Source: Klebsiella phage KpLz-2_45. From it: a DNA stretch of 64,000 nucleotides. The stretch lies in the sequence record MN871446.1. One strand, given 5' to 3'. The translations under genes were made by a program, and so were the position numbers. Positions 1 to 9,157 of the stretch are shown here, one piece after another. Under the pieces are notes generated by a model. It was not told the DNA's origin. It ran no database searches and saw only the letters and a program-made list of their open reading frames with translations. Each line of letters opens with the position of its first letter. Position 1 is the stretch's first letter.

Positions 1-24
1 AAAAAAAAACAAAGTAAACATAGA

Positions 25-52
25 CCTAGGAGAACCTTCGGGTTCTCCTAGG
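25..52 (-). terminator. rho-independent terminator-like hairpin
   Basis: CCTAGGAGAACC-TTCG-GGTTCTCCTAGG perfect 12-bp stem downstream of the HigA-like gene; T-rich tract follows on the minus strand. Confidence 0.5.
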
Positions 53-77
53 CTACATTTGCGCCAAAAAAGCGGAA

Positions 78-803
78 TTATTTAAACGCCGGGTGCAGTT
101 TGATCGCTTTCACTTCGGCGGCCAGCTCTTTATCAGCTTTGGCTTCAGCGAGGTCAACCGCCTGCTGGAGATTAACCCAGAATTCGACGGTGGTTTTGGT
201 AGCCTTTGCCAGGCGGTGCGCGGTGCGGATCGTCAGTTTGGTTTTGCCGTTGATCAGACGAGACAGCGTTGCCGTCGCCAGACCGATATGCGCAGCGAAA
301 TCAGTCGGAGAAATTTCTTTCGGTTCCAGGTATTCTTTCAAAAGAATTTCGCCCGGCGTAGAAGGTTTGCGTGCTTTTGCCATTTTCGGTTTTTCCTTTG
401 GTTTTTCAGGAGGTTGTGTACCATTACTGTTATTGCATAATACTACTTCTTGACGTGAAAGATTACCGAGGAACAGAATCGAGCCAACAGTGAAAATCGA
501 CTGCTTTACGCCGTCTGGTGTATTACGGAAAAGGGAGACCTGATTTTTATTTTTCTGCAGAAGATCAATGAGCAAATTAACGTGATAATCTGGCGGGTTA
601 TTCAGATCGCGGAAGAGCAGTGCTTCAGCTTCTGTAAAGCTGATCTTCTTCTCCTGTACCATCGCCATCTGAAGAGGGAATTTTAACTTATGGACTAAGA
701 TCCGATACGGTAATGAAACTACCGTTTTCAAATTACCCTCTTTATCGAGAATGAATCGGTTGAGCTCTTCGTCTGTAATGTCATTGTTAACGTAATGAAT
801 CAT
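78..803 (-). CDS. HigA-family XRE helix-turn-helix protein with a ~140-aa N-terminal extension of unknown function. The canonical HigA domain could also initiate alone at 383.
   Basis: The C-terminal 101 aa (MAKARKPSTPGEILLKEYLEP...TVEFWVNLQ) match the HigA antitoxin HTH family end to end. An in-frame ATG at 383 has an AAGGAAA SD. The N-terminal 140 aa resemble nothing I recognise and join via a PEKPKEKPK linker. Confidence 0.7.
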   Translation of the reverse strand: MIHYVNNDITDEELNRFILDKEGNLKTVVSLPYRILVHKLKFPLQMAMVQEKKISFTEAEALLFRDLNNPPDYHVNLLIDLLQKNKNQVSLFRNTPDGVKQSIFTVGSILFLGNLSRQEVVLCNNSNGTQPPEKPKEKPKMAKARKPSTPGEILLKEYLEPKEISPTDFAAHIGLATATLSRLINGKTKLTIRTAHRLAKATKTTVEFWVNLQQAVDLAEAKADKELAAEVKAIKLHPAFK

Positions 804-818
804 TTTTATTCCCTCGTC

Positions 819-1184
819 TTATGGCATCGCAACCCAATAAGGATTGTCGAGATTATCGGCACACCAGCGCGCAACTTTTAGAAATTCTTCAAAGTCAGAA
901 AAACCAATGTTATTGCGTTGTGTTTCTGTCATTGGCCAGCGGGTCAGTAATTGAAGTTTCTCCAGGAAAAATTCATCTATTTTACCGTAGAGAATCCCCT
1001 CTTTTTCTTGTCCACTGAAAACAATATTGAGATAATTGTTAGTGAAATTGACCACCGAATGATAATTGGAGTGGGTAATGAATAACGAGTTATCCAGAGG
1101 ACAAGTACTGGGAACCTGTGCGAAAGGTTTATTACCGTCCTCGCTGTCTTCTTTGAGTTCGCCGAATTGGAATAAGATCGCCAT
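819..1184 (-). CDS. hypothetical protein
   Basis: 121-aa minus-strand ORF packed between neighbours; no recognisable motif. Confidence 0.5.
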   Translation of the reverse strand: MAILFQFGELKEDSEDGNKPFAQVPSTCPLDNSLFITHSNYHSVVNFTNNYLNIVFSGQEKEGILYGKIDEFFLEKLQLLTRWPMTETQRNNIGFSDFEEFLKVARWCADNLDNPYWVAMP

Positions 1185-1208
1185 TTATTTTATCCTTTAT
1201 AGCGTAGG

Positions 1209-1233
1209 TCCTGGGAGATAGTCTCTCCCAGGA
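1209..1233. other. perfect 10-bp inverted repeat (TCCTGGGAGA-TAGTC-TCTCCCAGGA) without adjacent U-tract
   Basis: Read directly; lies between genes 1298-2104 and 819-1184. Confidence 0.45.
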
Positions 1234-1297
1234 CGATGAGGCCATTAAACGTTTTTATTTTTCTCTTGGGTTGTTATTGCTTCCCATCTAAGAGAAA

Positions 1298-2104
1298 TTA
1301 AATTCTCTCTACCACAGCTTTTAACCAGGCTTTAACGATGTCCTGATTCAGTAAAGAAAGTTCATTGCTACCAAACCCCGGTTCAACAATGTGTAACCGA
1401 TAATTCTGGTCGAGATTATCCACTCCTACGGCAGGGGAAATCGTATAAACTCGGTTTGAATTAAAACCAAACGAAGGCCCGTTTTCTGAGTTAAAACTAA
1501 CACCCGCCTTTAACATTACCCTCGTTTTAATTCCGGCAAAAAGCGCGTAGAAGACGACAGAGATTTTTGGTTTCAGGACTACCCCATCTTCGAATCTTCT
1601 TCCATCAAAAATAGGAACATTTATTTTACGTTCGTGACAGAATTCTGCAATTACGTCGAAGAATGGGTTTAAAGTAACAACCTTAACCGGTAACTGATTA
1701 TAAACGTCGATAACCTTATCATTCTTGAAACCAATGCCATGACGGTTTACAAGAAAATAATAAATATATTCGCCGAACCAATTCATAACCCGCCCAAGTT
1801 GAGAGACGAACTTCTCTTCTTGACCTTCAATATTTGAGTAAAGCCTATAGGGCTTCTGATTGATAAAACGAATAATTAAGTTATTGTCATCCACGCGTTC
1901 CGCAATCGATAACCAACGCATATCGGTTGTTTTGTCATGGGTAATCACCGGGATAATTTTATAATTCTCATTATCTCGTTCCGGCATAATATAATTTTTA
2001 AGCCCAGGACGTTCTTCGCCGAGCCTAATACGGAACTCTGGGGTATAAGGGTGCACCAGAGCAGTATCATTGGTGTTTTGGACTTCATTTGGTAAAATAA
2101 TCAT
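1298..2104 (-). CDS. hypothetical protein
   Basis: 268-aa ORF; conserved promoter-like motif and hairpin upstream (2181-2218). Confidence 0.55.
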   Translation of the reverse strand: MIILPNEVQNTNDTALVHPYTPEFRIRLGEERPGLKNYIMPERDNENYKIIPVITHDKTTDMRWLSIAERVDDNNLIIRFINQKPYRLYSNIEGQEEKFVSQLGRVMNWFGEYIYYFLVNRHGIGFKNDKVIDVYNQLPVKVVTLNPFFDVIAEFCHERKINVPIFDGRRFEDGVVLKPKISVVFYALFAGIKTRVMLKAGVSFNSENGPSFGFNSNRVYTISPAVGVDNLDQNYRLHIVEPGFGSNELSLLNQDIVKAWLKAVVERI

Positions 2105-2180
2105 CGTACAGTTTCCTTCTTCGTGACCAGTTAGTGGCCCGTTACGTTAGATAAGAGAATTTTAGATTCTCAGATATAAA

Positions 2181-2203
2181 GTGTAGAGATGTTGTCTCTA
2201 CAC
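2181..2203. other. perfect 9-bp inverted repeat (GTGTAGAGA-TGTTG-TCTCTACAC) adjacent to promoter motif 1; no U-tract
   Basis: Read directly; sits in the 5' leader of gene 1298-2104. Confidence 0.5.
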
Positions 2204-2207
2204 TAGA

Positions 2208-2218
2208 GTGATATAGAC
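2208..2218 (-). promoter_or_regulatory. conserved promoter-like motif copy 1 (GTGATATAGAC core)
   Basis: One of 8 near-identical intergenic copies; upstream of gene 1298-2104. Confidence 0.5.
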
Positions 2219-2219
2219 G

Positions 2220-2771
2220 TTAACCAGATTGGGTTTCGGTATCCTTTACGTAAATACCCGTTTCTACATCTAGTGTAAAACCCACGACCTCCAGATTAAC
2301 CCGCTCATTACCTTCGGCTGTAATCTTGAAACGTGCATTACAAGTCTCAATGTTAACTTCCCCGTCGACGCAGATAAATGCATCATCGATCAGCCCCGGT
2401 ATATCGATTTCAGTCCCGTTGACTAAATCGAATACTCGGAAGTTATACGTCGTATTCTGAGTGGGGCGAAAACGCGGGTACTGAACAACGACGTGACCTG
2501 AACTTTCGAGTTCACCATCTTCGTTAAATTTAGTGTAACGGATGAGCACTTTGTCCACCGCAAAATTTGACAGTGTACGTATTTGCATATCGGTGAATGT
2601 TAACTCCCCGCTAGCAGCCGCCAAACCAACCAAATTAAACCCGACGTCAGAGTTTGCTTTAAAGAACACTTGTCCTTCTGCCTCAGGAATTCCGGTAACA
2701 AAATACTCTTGGTTTTCTTTGATGATCTTAAACTGCATTTTCTTAATATCGGTAAACATAGCTTTGTCCAC
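2220..2771 (-). CDS. hypothetical protein (GTG start)
   Basis: 183-aa ORF; AGGA SD before the GTG start. Confidence 0.5.
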   Translation of the reverse strand: MDKAMFTDIKKMQFKIIKENQEYFVTGIPEAEGQVFFKANSDVGFNLVGLAAASGELTFTDMQIRTLSNFAVDKVLIRYTKFNEDGELESSGHVVVQYPRFRPTQNTTYNFRVFDLVNGTEIDIPGLIDDAFICVDGEVNIETCNARFKITAEGNERVNLEVVGFTLDVETGIYVKDTETQSG

Positions 2772-2779
2772 TTAATATC

Positions 2780-3211
2780 CTATTCGATGTTGCTGTATTG
2801 ATCACCCACCCATACTACGGGCGTTAATAGTCCTCGACCGATTTCCTGCTCGCGGTCTTTTTGTTTGTCTTCGTCGGAAAAACCGTCGATGCGCATGAGT
2901 TGATGAGGTCGAAAGGCAGCATTAAAATAAGTACCCCCTGAATCTAAGAAAGATTCTGCTAATCCCTTAAAGCATCCACCAACTAACCCCCAATGAAATT
3001 CCACATAGGACCGAACTTTACCATTAACCATCCAAACTTCCCGTCCCGAGATAACTTCTGCAACATTCTCTAATCCATTTTCGTTAACGGTGACTTGAAG
3101 CATATTTCCTGGCGAAATACTAACGCCAAGAATGACTTCTTTCCCGACATTTTCTGGATTTTTAGAGTCTCGGATGACTATTGCCCGACAACCGGGTTCT
3201 AAAGGTTTCAT
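2780..3211 (-). CDS. hypothetical protein
   Basis: 143-aa ORF; strong SD (AGGGGAAAG) before ATG. Confidence 0.5.
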   Translation of the reverse strand: MKPLEPGCRAIVIRDSKNPENVGKEVILGVSISPGNMLQVTVNENGLENVAEVISGREVWMVNGKVRSYVEFHWGLVGGCFKGLAESFLDSGGTYFNAAFRPHQLMRIDGFSDEDKQKDREQEIGRGLLTPVVWVGDQYSNIE

Positions 3212-3588
3212 TTATCTTTCCCCTGCACAAGGAAATATTCACGTATTCCCTCAGCTAATGGACCAAAGTCAGAAACCAACTGTAATAGGGATAATTGGTC
3301 ATCAGTCTGTCGCAGCCTTTCGAGCCCTATATGAGGAGGCTTCAGACCGACAGTAGAGAGCTCTAGTTTACCGAGGTATATCTTTGTCTGCCCTCGATCG
3401 AGGAACGCATGAAATGACAATTCCGGTCCAGTGGCAAGGATCATCCCGTCGAAGGGATTCTTTCCGTTATAAACACTCCCCCTTTGAAAGTGGAAAGCTG
3501 CTGCTACTTTCTCTCCCTCTCCTAATTCTTTTTGGCAATGTTTCAACCAACGTTCAGTGAGTTCCGCTTCTTTGAATTTGAATTCCAT
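3208..3588 (-). CDS. hypothetical protein
   Basis: 126-aa ORF; ATGA overlap with downstream gene; AGGAG SD. Confidence 0.5.
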   Translation of the reverse strand: MEFKFKEAELTERWLKHCQKELGEGEKVAAAFHFQRGSVYNGKNPFDGMILATGPELSFHAFLDRGQTKIYLGKLELSTVGLKPPHIGLERLRQTDDQLSLLQLVSDFGPLAEGIREYFLVQGKDK

Positions 3589-3607
3589 TTTGTACTCCTA
3601 TAATCAA

Positions 3608-3639
3608 AATAAAAAGTATAGGGGATTTCTCCCCTATAC
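3608..3639 (-). terminator. rho-independent terminator
   Basis: GTATAGGGGA-TTTC-TCCCCTATAC stem followed by a U-tract on the minus strand, after gene 3659-5350. Confidence 0.6.
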
Positions 3640-3658
3640 CGGCCTTATGTTCCCAAAC

Positions 3659-5350
3659 TTAGAAGTGGCGCGTCAGGGAATAGCGAACCATTACCCCGTC
3701 TTCATTTTCCGCCAGCAGTTGGAATTCACCCGTACTGCGGTAGATCTCCACACCGGTGTTTCCCGGAATCTGCAGACCGGCTACAACCTGCCCTTCGACC
3801 TGCTCCAGTGGATTCGCCTGAGAGAATGCTTCGACAACCCGACGAACGTCACGAAGTTCGTGATTGAGGTCTTCAGCAAACAATGCGGATTGTTTCGCTA
3901 CGTTATCTTTCCAGCCCTCAAGTACCAGGAGCATCCCGCGATCTGGTGTCTGATAGCTGAAGGTTTCTTTCCCGCCCCATACTGCTGGCGTGAGCGAAAT
4001 ACCCACTACCTTGACACGTTGACCCGCTGTCTCCGACCACTGACCGATCGGGCTTCCGTTCTGATAGCTGTAGCTCGCTACGCTGTTACGTTTCTCTTCG
4101 CTGTCCCAACGATAGATCGGTTTTGCATCCGGGTCGGCCTGCGCGGTGAATTGCGCAAAGTTATAACGGCCGTAGTGCCCGCCTCTTAACTCAACGAACA
4201 GCGCTTTCGCCTTCGGTAACACCTCCGCGATAAATTGCATCAGTGAAATATCCCCGCCACTTACTACCGAGCGCTGAGGCTCTGTTTTATTCTCTTTGGT
4301 TTTCAGGCCATCGAAAATACTTCCCTTAGCTTCAGTAGCCGCTTCTGTTTCTTTCGGTTGCCAGAACCATTCCTGAATATCAGCCAGCGTAGCGAAACGG
4401 CGACGGAACGCCGACTCAATCCCTAATTCAGCGACGAGCTTTTTCGCTTTTTCCAGCTGTTCTTCAGTCGGGGCTTCGGTTGCCCGCATGTAGTTGACGC
4501 CTTCGGTACGGATGCGGAATTGGTTAATCCCGTAACGCAGATTACCGTCTTTAATATCGTCGAGCAACACCCCAACCGCCGTAGTGTGGAAATGGATGAT
4601 ATCTTTGTTATCAAAGTCCATCGCTTCCCAAACCAGGTTGGTTTTGATATTGTTGTTTTTCGTTTCATGGAAGGCGGTGTAGAGTTTGTGCCACTTCATG
4701 AATTGGTTTTTGAACTTGGTGAGGTGCTTCAGTTCACCGTATTCAAACAGTTCATAAGCGGCGCGAACGGTATTCGATTCCCAGCGCAACAGACCGCTTT
4801 GAAGAATACGCACCAACTCACGCGCCTCTGCTTCTTTACCCAGACGCTCTTCGTCGTTCTGATAAACGAAGATCAATTCTTTCGACGCGCAGTTCAGGGT
4901 ACCGTTGAAATGGCGGAATTTACCGGAATGCGGGAAAGAATAGTCAGCGACGTTTTCAACCACGATGTTTGCCACCGGGCATTTTGAGATCACTTTGTTT
5001 AACGCAGCCACGAATGCGTAGACGTTGTTCGTCGGTTCGCCTTCTGCTTCCACGTCAACGTTGAACGCCATCGACTTCACTAACCCGTCGACAATCGTTA
5101 CGTATTGACCGTATTTGTTCAACCAACGCTCACAGGTTTTGCAGCGATACTGCTGACGTTCTTCTTCCGGGAAAAGTTCCAGGTAGTGCTGATATAAACT
5201 TTTCCCCGTGCTGTGTTCAACATCGACACGATAAATGTCATCGTTGATATCGTGCAGAGAAAGATTGTGTTCAATAACGTCTACTAAGGTTTCGTAGAAA
5301 CGATCAGAAGCTTCGGTGACGGTATTAACAGCAACAATTTGATCAGTCAT
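3659..5350 (-). CDS. large hypothetical protein (563 aa from ATG; ORF track extends to a TTG at 5386)
   Basis: Long uninterrupted ORF; AAGGA SD 7 nt before the ATG at 5350. No recognised domain. Confidence 0.55.
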   Translation of the reverse strand: MTDQIVAVNTVTEASDRFYETLVDVIEHNLSLHDINDDIYRVDVEHSTGKSLYQHYLELFPEEERQQYRCKTCERWLNKYGQYVTIVDGLVKSMAFNVDVEAEGEPTNNVYAFVAALNKVISKCPVANIVVENVADYSFPHSGKFRHFNGTLNCASKELIFVYQNDEERLGKEAEARELVRILQSGLLRWESNTVRAAYELFEYGELKHLTKFKNQFMKWHKLYTAFHETKNNNIKTNLVWEAMDFDNKDIIHFHTTAVGVLLDDIKDGNLRYGINQFRIRTEGVNYMRATEAPTEEQLEKAKKLVAELGIESAFRRRFATLADIQEWFWQPKETEAATEAKGSIFDGLKTKENKTEPQRSVVSGGDISLMQFIAEVLPKAKALFVELRGGHYGRYNFAQFTAQADPDAKPIYRWDSEEKRNSVASYSYQNGSPIGQWSETAGQRVKVVGISLTPAVWGGKETFSYQTPDRGMLLVLEGWKDNVAKQSALFAEDLNHELRDVRRVVEAFSQANPLEQVEGQVVAGLQIPGNTGVEIYRSTGEFQLLAENEDGVMVRYSLTRHF

Positions 5351-5402
5351 TCTTTTATCCTTTACAGTGAAATAGGTTCTATTCAAACAAATGAGAAGAG
5401 GT

Positions 5403-5915
5403 TTATTTTCGGAACAGCGAGAAGAAACGTTTAAAAAGACTCGGTTTCTTCTCTTCTGGAATAATGTTTTTCTCTACCTCAACCGCTTCAGTACTTTCTT
5501 CTGTGGCCCCTACATTCTTAAACCGTTTTTCGGTCATTGACCGGGTCAGGTACTCATTGCCGAGATAAACGTTTTTATTGCGAATAAAGTCACGGAAACT
5601 TTCTTGTGCTTCTACTGCTCGTCCTTTACTGTCGTAATAAACCCTATAGTTTCTGACACTGTTGTTATCGACGCCTTGTAATTGGATCGTGTAACCCTCA
5701 CCCGCTTCATTGATTTCGTCGGTAACCAGGTTTAAACACCTGGACGGAATAACAAACGTCGCGCTGTCCCCTAAGATTTCCAGTCCTTGGCCGTTATCAA
5801 CAATCACCCAATAGCGGGCACTAAATGTTTTCAGCATTTTGTCAAACGGGAGCGGAAGGAGACCCTCAACAGAACCCGTCTCGTTGGGAGTATCACTTTT
5901 AAACTCAGTTTTCAT
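5403..5915 (-). CDS. hypothetical protein
   Basis: 170-aa ORF; GGAG SD. Confidence 0.5.
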   Translation of the reverse strand: MKTEFKSDTPNETGSVEGLLPLPFDKMLKTFSARYWVIVDNGQGLEILGDSATFVIPSRCLNLVTDEINEAGEGYTIQLQGVDNNSVRNYRVYYDSKGRAVEAQESFRDFIRNKNVYLGNEYLTRSMTEKRFKNVGATEESTEAVEVEKNIIPEEKKPSLFKRFFSLFRK

Positions 5916-6273
5916 GCGGCAGCTCCGGTGTCAGGTCACCCACTTTCAGTACCGTGACAGCGTGATTCTCTCTATCGTACGGTACAAAAACAATACAAAA
6001 ATAACGTTCTTCTTGCATCAGCTGAACAATTTTCCCTTCTGCTTTGATGTCTTTCCCTTCCCACACAACGGCAGTGAAAACCGTATCAAAATCAAACACC
6101 GAATCGCCGGTTGATTTTTTACATTCTGCTTCGGTTTCACTGGTAACGACGATCTTCGTGTCACCTACGTAATAAAAACGTTTACCGTCACGAATATAGA
6201 AAGTGGCGTCGGCATCGCGCATAGGCTGAAAATCCACAAAATCCATTTCTTCTAAGATCATTGTTCTGGCCAT
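5905..6273 (-). CDS. hypothetical protein
   Basis: 122-aa ORF; 11-nt overlap with downstream gene. Confidence 0.5.
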   Translation of the reverse strand: MARTMILEEMDFVDFQPMRDADATFYIRDGKRFYYVGDTKIVVTSETEAECKKSTGDSVFDFDTVFTAVVWEGKDIKAEGKIVQLMQEERYFCIVFVPYDRENHAVTVLKVGDLTPELPHEN

Positions 6274-6275
6274 TT

Positions 6276-6581
6276 TTAATCCTCGTAATCGATAACTTCG
6301 TTAGTAAACGGAAAACGGTTCGCTAACATTTCCATACAGGTTCCAACCGAATCCCCGATGAAATAATAATCGTAAAGCATTCCGTTTTCATGGCGATGTT
6401 TGACGTGCAGGATCAGTCCTTTTCGATCAGCTGCGTAGAAGTCATTAAACCACGCAGAGGTGTTATACTCACCTGCGCCGAATACAGCACGCAGATAATC
6501 CTTCACGGTCATCTGGCTGTTTTCTGGGAAGAAACCAAACGACTTGATTTCAAATAGCTCAAAACGATGTTCTAACTGCAT
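6276..6581 (-). CDS. hypothetical protein
   Basis: 101-aa ORF. Confidence 0.5.
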   Translation of the reverse strand: MQLEHRFELFEIKSFGFFPENSQMTVKDYLRAVFGAGEYNTSAWFNDFYAADRKGLILHVKHRHENGMLYDYYFIGDSVGTCMEMLANRFPFTNEVIDYED

Positions 6582-6644
6582 ACCATATCTCCTTATTAAA
6601 AGTACATAGAAGCTCTCCTGAGGCTTTCGCCTCAGGAGACAATA

Positions 6645-7265
6645 CTATTTACGCTTTTTCTTTTTGGATTGCCCAGAAGCGTGTTTAGAGACCCGTTTCG
6701 GACGTGCCGGTGGCGCAGTAAAGAGATTGCGTTTTCCGCCCATACTGAAACCCCCGTTGAAAGAGAAACTGGTTTGGAATTCAGCCGGTAACGCTTCTTT
6801 GAATTTGGTTTTCCACGCCAACCGCAACGCTGACTGAATCACCTGGAAACTACCCGGAACAAACCAGTCACCGGGGTTACGTTCGATCAGCGTTTTCCCG
6901 CCGTAGCTCGCAGTAACACTCTTTTCTTCTTGGTTAACAACGACGCTGACAACGGGATGTTCGATCGCCGGTTTCTCATCACTGAGCTGAGACATACTGT
7001 CTATTTCGATAGTGTCTCCAGACTGCGAATGATTTTGAGCTTTACGCACATCGGGGATAAAAGCTGGCTCGTCTAAGTAAATAAGACGACTTTTTTCTAT
7101 CGGGGTTTCTGCTGTTATTAACTGCATTTTTTCTTCGGGAATAAAGGCAGGATCATCTACCGGAGTAGTGAATCGCGTCTGACCGCGACCGAGAACTTCA
7201 CGGCTCTCCGCGTGAGTTTCAGCAGTGATAGCACTTTCTACACCTTCAATTTTTTTACTTTCCAT
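6645..7265 (-). CDS. hypothetical protein with lysine-rich C-terminus (SKKKKRK)
   Basis: 206-aa ORF; strong SD AAGAAGGAAAG; basic tail. Confidence 0.5.
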   Translation of the reverse strand: MESKKIEGVESAITAETHAESREVLGRGQTRFTTPVDDPAFIPEEKMQLITAETPIEKSRLIYLDEPAFIPDVRKAQNHSQSGDTIEIDSMSQLSDEKPAIEHPVVSVVVNQEEKSVTASYGGKTLIERNPGDWFVPGSFQVIQSALRLAWKTKFKEALPAEFQTSFSFNGGFSMGGKRNLFTAPPARPKRVSKHASGQSKKKKRK

Positions 7266-7292
7266 TTTACTTTCCTTCTTTTATAAAAATGA

Positions 7293-7625
7293 TTAACGAC
7301 GGCGTTTAATTTTAATCGGTTTACTGCGCACTTTCTTCTTTGTCACCATCCGACCTTTAGCGTGTTTAGAAACACGGATTGCTTCCAGTCGTTCGATCTC
7401 ATGATCAATCGTTTTCCCATTCTCATCCAGAATACGATTAAGTACAGTGATTTCGATATTCTTTGCTTTTACTTTTAATAACGGAAAGTGTTTCTTAAAA
7501 ATGTCTGCAAGGATATCGAAATTGATAGTGGATGTCTTTGGATCTACGGCATCACGGAACATGGTGTGATGAAGAGCATGTCCCTGAACGCGCGCAGAGA
7601 GTGTATTCTTTACCCGTTCTTTCAC
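7293..7625 (-). CDS. hypothetical protein with highly basic C-terminal tail (KKKVRSKPIKIKRRR), GTG start
   Basis: 110-aa ORF; GGAG SD before GTG. Confidence 0.45.
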   Translation of the reverse strand: MKERVKNTLSARVQGHALHHTMFRDAVDPKTSTINFDILADIFKKHFPLLKVKAKNIEITVLNRILDENGKTIDHEIERLEAIRVSKHAKGRMVTKKKVRSKPIKIKRRR

Positions 7626-7680
7626 GGTGGCGTTCTCCAGAGGCGTTAGAGGATTCTGTTCACAGATACGTCACGCGCCT

Positions 7681-7713
7681 AAAAAATAATGAGAGGGGAC
7701 GAACCCCTCTCTC
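7681..7713 (-). terminator. rho-independent terminator
   Basis: GAGAGGGG-ACGAA-CCCCTCTC followed by TTATTTTTT on the minus strand. Confidence 0.65.
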
Positions 7714-7720
7714 TTCAATG

Positions 7721-8194
7721 TCAATTAACGAAATAGATGATCACATCTTCTGACAATGTAAAGTTGGTCAGTAACGCGTCGTAGAACTTTTCTTTGCGAA
7801 CGCGCGTAAAGTAGAAATACGCTTCGTCAATGTAGACGTGCGTAATCGGCGCTTCGCGGTAAAACTGAGTGTAACCGCGCTCATACGGTTTCCCAGCAAT
7901 AGCCCTGACCTTTTCCGTCGGTGGATTAGCGTCACCGTAGAGACGCGCCTCAAAGTCATCCAGAAGCGTTTCTGTCGGGAGAAAGACCATCGAGTACTTA
8001 GGGTTTTTCTTCACTCGATCGAGTACCCATTTCGTCTTACCGGTTTGACGCGGTATTTTAAACCCGATTGTCCGACATTCGCGGAGAATGGTACCACGTC
8101 GCCAATCAATTCGTTTCGCCATTTCCGAGGTCTCAGAAATCAACGTTTTCTCTAGTGTCTGCGCTATCAATTCGAAATCAACTTTCTTAGCCAT
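7721..8194 (-). CDS. hypothetical protein
   Basis: 157-aa ORF. It has PRQTGKT and VYIDEA motifs, but the spacing does not fit a canonical Walker A. Confidence 0.45.
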   Translation of the reverse strand: MAKKVDFELIAQTLEKTLISETSEMAKRIDWRRGTILRECRTIGFKIPRQTGKTKWVLDRVKKNPKYSMVFLPTETLLDDFEARLYGDANPPTEKVRAIAGKPYERGYTQFYREAPITHVYIDEAYFYFTRVRKEKFYDALLTNFTLSEDVIIYFVN

Positions 8195-8224
8195 GACGTC
8201 TTTAACCTTTTAACGTTTTAACGT

Positions 8225-8575
8225 TTACAAAGAATGGAACCATCCGTTTTCGTCTGGTTTCTCGGGGAATTTAAACGCGACAGTTTTATTGCGTTTAGCG
8301 AACTCTTGGTAGACCTTAGTACCGACCCAAAACCCACGCCGGATAATTTCAACATCGTCCCCGTTCAAACGGAAAGAGAACCGATGCTTCCCCGGGTCAA
8401 ACGCGATGTCCAGGAAATGACCATCTTCTAATTCGTCTACTGCGGACGTAAAGCGAAAATAGCCGCTTTTGTAAAGACACCCTGCCCGACTGGTTTGTCT
8501 GGAATTACCTACATTTTTAGGGACAGAAAGAAAACGCAAATTATCCAAATCAAGTTTCATGTTAATACCTGTCAA
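8225..8575 (-). CDS. hypothetical protein
   Basis: 116-aa ORF. Confidence 0.45.
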   Translation of the reverse strand: MTGINMKLDLDNLRFLSVPKNVGNSRQTSRAGCLYKSGYFRFTSAVDELEDGHFLDIAFDPGKHRFSFRLNGDDVEIIRRGFWVGTKVYQEFAKRNKTVAFKFPEKPDENGWFHSL

Positions 8576-8898
8576 TCGGTAAAGGTAATCGAAAAAGTTC
8601 CTTCGTTGCGATGCCAGTTAACCAGGAAGGGTAACCCTATTTCTTTTAAGATCTCGTTCAGAGCACTTGCAGGAGTTTCTTGTTGACTTCTCCCGAAAAA
8701 GGGATTAGCGATGGTATTTTGTAGCTCCCAGAAACGGTTACCGTTTTTCCGCTTCTTAGAGAAGCGTTTTCGAGACGTGACGGGTTGTTTCAGATAGAGA
8801 TGCAAAGGGCCTTTGTTACTCTGAACCACCACTAAACGTACAAACTGTTCGCTGTAACGTAACTCACCAAACAAAATGTCTTTGATTTTCTTTAGCAT
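8572..8898 (-). CDS. hypothetical protein
   Basis: 108-aa ORF; 4-nt overlap. Confidence 0.45.
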   Translation of the reverse strand: MLKKIKDILFGELRYSEQFVRLVVVQSNKGPLHLYLKQPVTSRKRFSKKRKNGNRFWELQNTIANPFFGRSQQETPASALNEILKEIGLPFLVNWHRNEGTFSITFTD

Positions 8899-9125
8899 TC
8901 GTTTAAATCTCCAGTAATCATCGTGGTTAGATTCCTGACTTTATTCAGGGTCGCAATGTCTTTTTCGACCGAGGCCACCGGGATGTTGTAAAAGAAAGCG
9001 ATCTCTTCTACTCGCATACCATGATTGGCAGCGTTCTCCATCGTTCGGGCGATCTGCGGATTTTCGAGTTGTGACATCAGTTCGTCAAACTCGGCCAGGT
9101 AAGCCAGATATTTGTCACGTTGCAT
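8892..9125 (-). CDS. small helix-turn-helix protein (sigma-70 region-4 / LuxR-like HTH)
   Basis: 77 aa; MRVEEIAFFYNIPVASVEKDIATL resembles a region-4 type HTH. Paralogous to the next gene. Confidence 0.45.
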   Translation of the reverse strand: MQRDKYLAYLAEFDELMSQLENPQIARTMENAANHGMRVEEIAFFYNIPVASVEKDIATLNKVRNLTTMITGDLNEC

Positions 9126-9157
9126 CCTTAGGTACCTTTTTACTGTGGCGGGTCAAA

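Noticed and set aside
93-453. Plus-strand ORFs 93-440 and 100-453 (115-117 aa)
   Set aside because: They lie fully antisense to the HigA-like gene. Their Arg/Phe-rich, low-complexity translations are typical of shadow frames.
819-1184. Possible HigB toxin partner upstream of the HigA-like gene
   Set aside because: The 121-aa protein shows none of the RelE/HigB fold hallmarks, and nothing links it to the HigA domain beyond adjacency.
7721-8194. P-loop NTPase call for the 157-aa protein
   Set aside because: GFKIPRQTGKT has seven residues between the Gly and GKT, not the canonical GxxxxGK[ST]. It was left as hypothetical.
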